Assembly (NCBI GenBank): GCA_048772705.1
Contig: JBLWGC010000002.1
Location: forward strand, 124,001 to 188,000
From: Leidyana gryllorum EB-2025a
Taxonomy: Eukaryota; Protista; Apicomplexa
Reading direction: 5' to 3'
DNA length: 64,000 nucleotides
Positions 63,535 through 64,000 of this stretch are shown here, in pieces. The stretch's first letter is position 1; each line of letters opens with the position of its first letter. The notes below the pieces were generated by a model. It was given only the letters and a program-made list of their open reading frames with translations, did no database searches and was not told the DNA's origin. Made by a program: the position numbers and the translations under genes.

Positions 63535-64000
63535 ATGATGATGATGAACACATCAGTGCTTGGAGCTATTTCTATCTTCATGAGCGCCACCGCCGAAGGC
63601 AACACTATTGTTATGCCGTACATGGACTATGAAATCGTATTCGAGAACCTCGAGAATGTTGTCCGCCCTACAGCTCAAACACACGTACAACCTAAAGTCT
63701 TTCCTGGTACGTACAAATCTACATTCCACACACCACTCTTTCAACTTACAGGAAACCTCAAAATACGTGATCGTACATCCCATATGTCCTTCAGTCTCCC
63801 CCTGGAGACAGAGATGACGCTATTACGTCGTTTGACCAATCAACCTCTTTTGGTCGTTGGATCGTACGAAGATGCCGACTTGGCCGCTTGGCCCGAGCAA
63901 AATATAGTTGAAGAATGTAAGTTTGTCTAACAGGACATGTTCCCATGCTACGATCAGTGGAGGAAAATGCTGTGCTGCCTGTCGAATCTCAAGGCGAAGA
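63535..64000 (+). CDS. Acidic-repeat membrane protein, copy 7 (5' part only)
   Basis: Same as the 5' region of copy 6; cut by the window end. Confidence 0.75.

Larger units (their letters stand above)
46544..64000 (+). repeat. Tandem array of ~2.7 kb units (starts 46544, 49215, 51931, 54647, 57363, 60066, 62856; last copy truncated by the window)
   Basis: The junction AACGACCAGAGTGA recurs at each start. Unit lengths are 2671, 2716, 2716, 2716, 2703 and 2790 bp, with near-identical ORF sets. Confidence 0.97.

Noticed and set aside
46544-64000. Tandem units as a transposon, LTR element or CRISPR-like array
   Set aside because: No transposase, RT or integrase ORF, no terminal repeats or target-site duplication, and no repeat-spacer structure. 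The unit is a plain segmental duplication of host genes.

Overview
This is a very compact eukaryotic window. Genes are split by many short (~30-60 nt) GT-AG introns, and intergenic gaps are often only 7-100 bp. PfMDR1-like ABCB sequence features and an integrin-beta-like vWA gene suggest an apicomplexan, probably a gregarine (inference). Left to right: (1) a giant ~11 kb minus-strand gene encoding a multi-C2-domain protein with an apparently inactive TBC (Rab-GAP) domain and an EF-hand-like segment; (2) an intronless HNH-endonuclease-domain gene; (3) four tandem full-length ABCB/MDR transporters with a mosaic of intron positions; (4) a strictosidine-synthase-like (APMAP-like) gene and two hypothetical regions; (5) a run of RNA-metabolism/transcription genes: KRI1 with an inserted ZZ finger, a degenerate CCA-adding/poly(A) polymerase-like protein, TAF8-like, RPP21, SF3A2, CWF19L2 and UTP7/WDR46; (6) a secreted integrin-beta-like vWA gene; (7) a ~2.7 kb tandem array of at least 6.4 copies that runs off the window end. 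Each array unit carries a decayed 3' fragment of the vWA gene and a 5-intron gene for an unrecognised acidic-repeat type I membrane protein. The copies differ in repeat number, are mosaic, and show an intron presence/absence polymorphism. All exon models were built by hand from the sequence, with no database searches.
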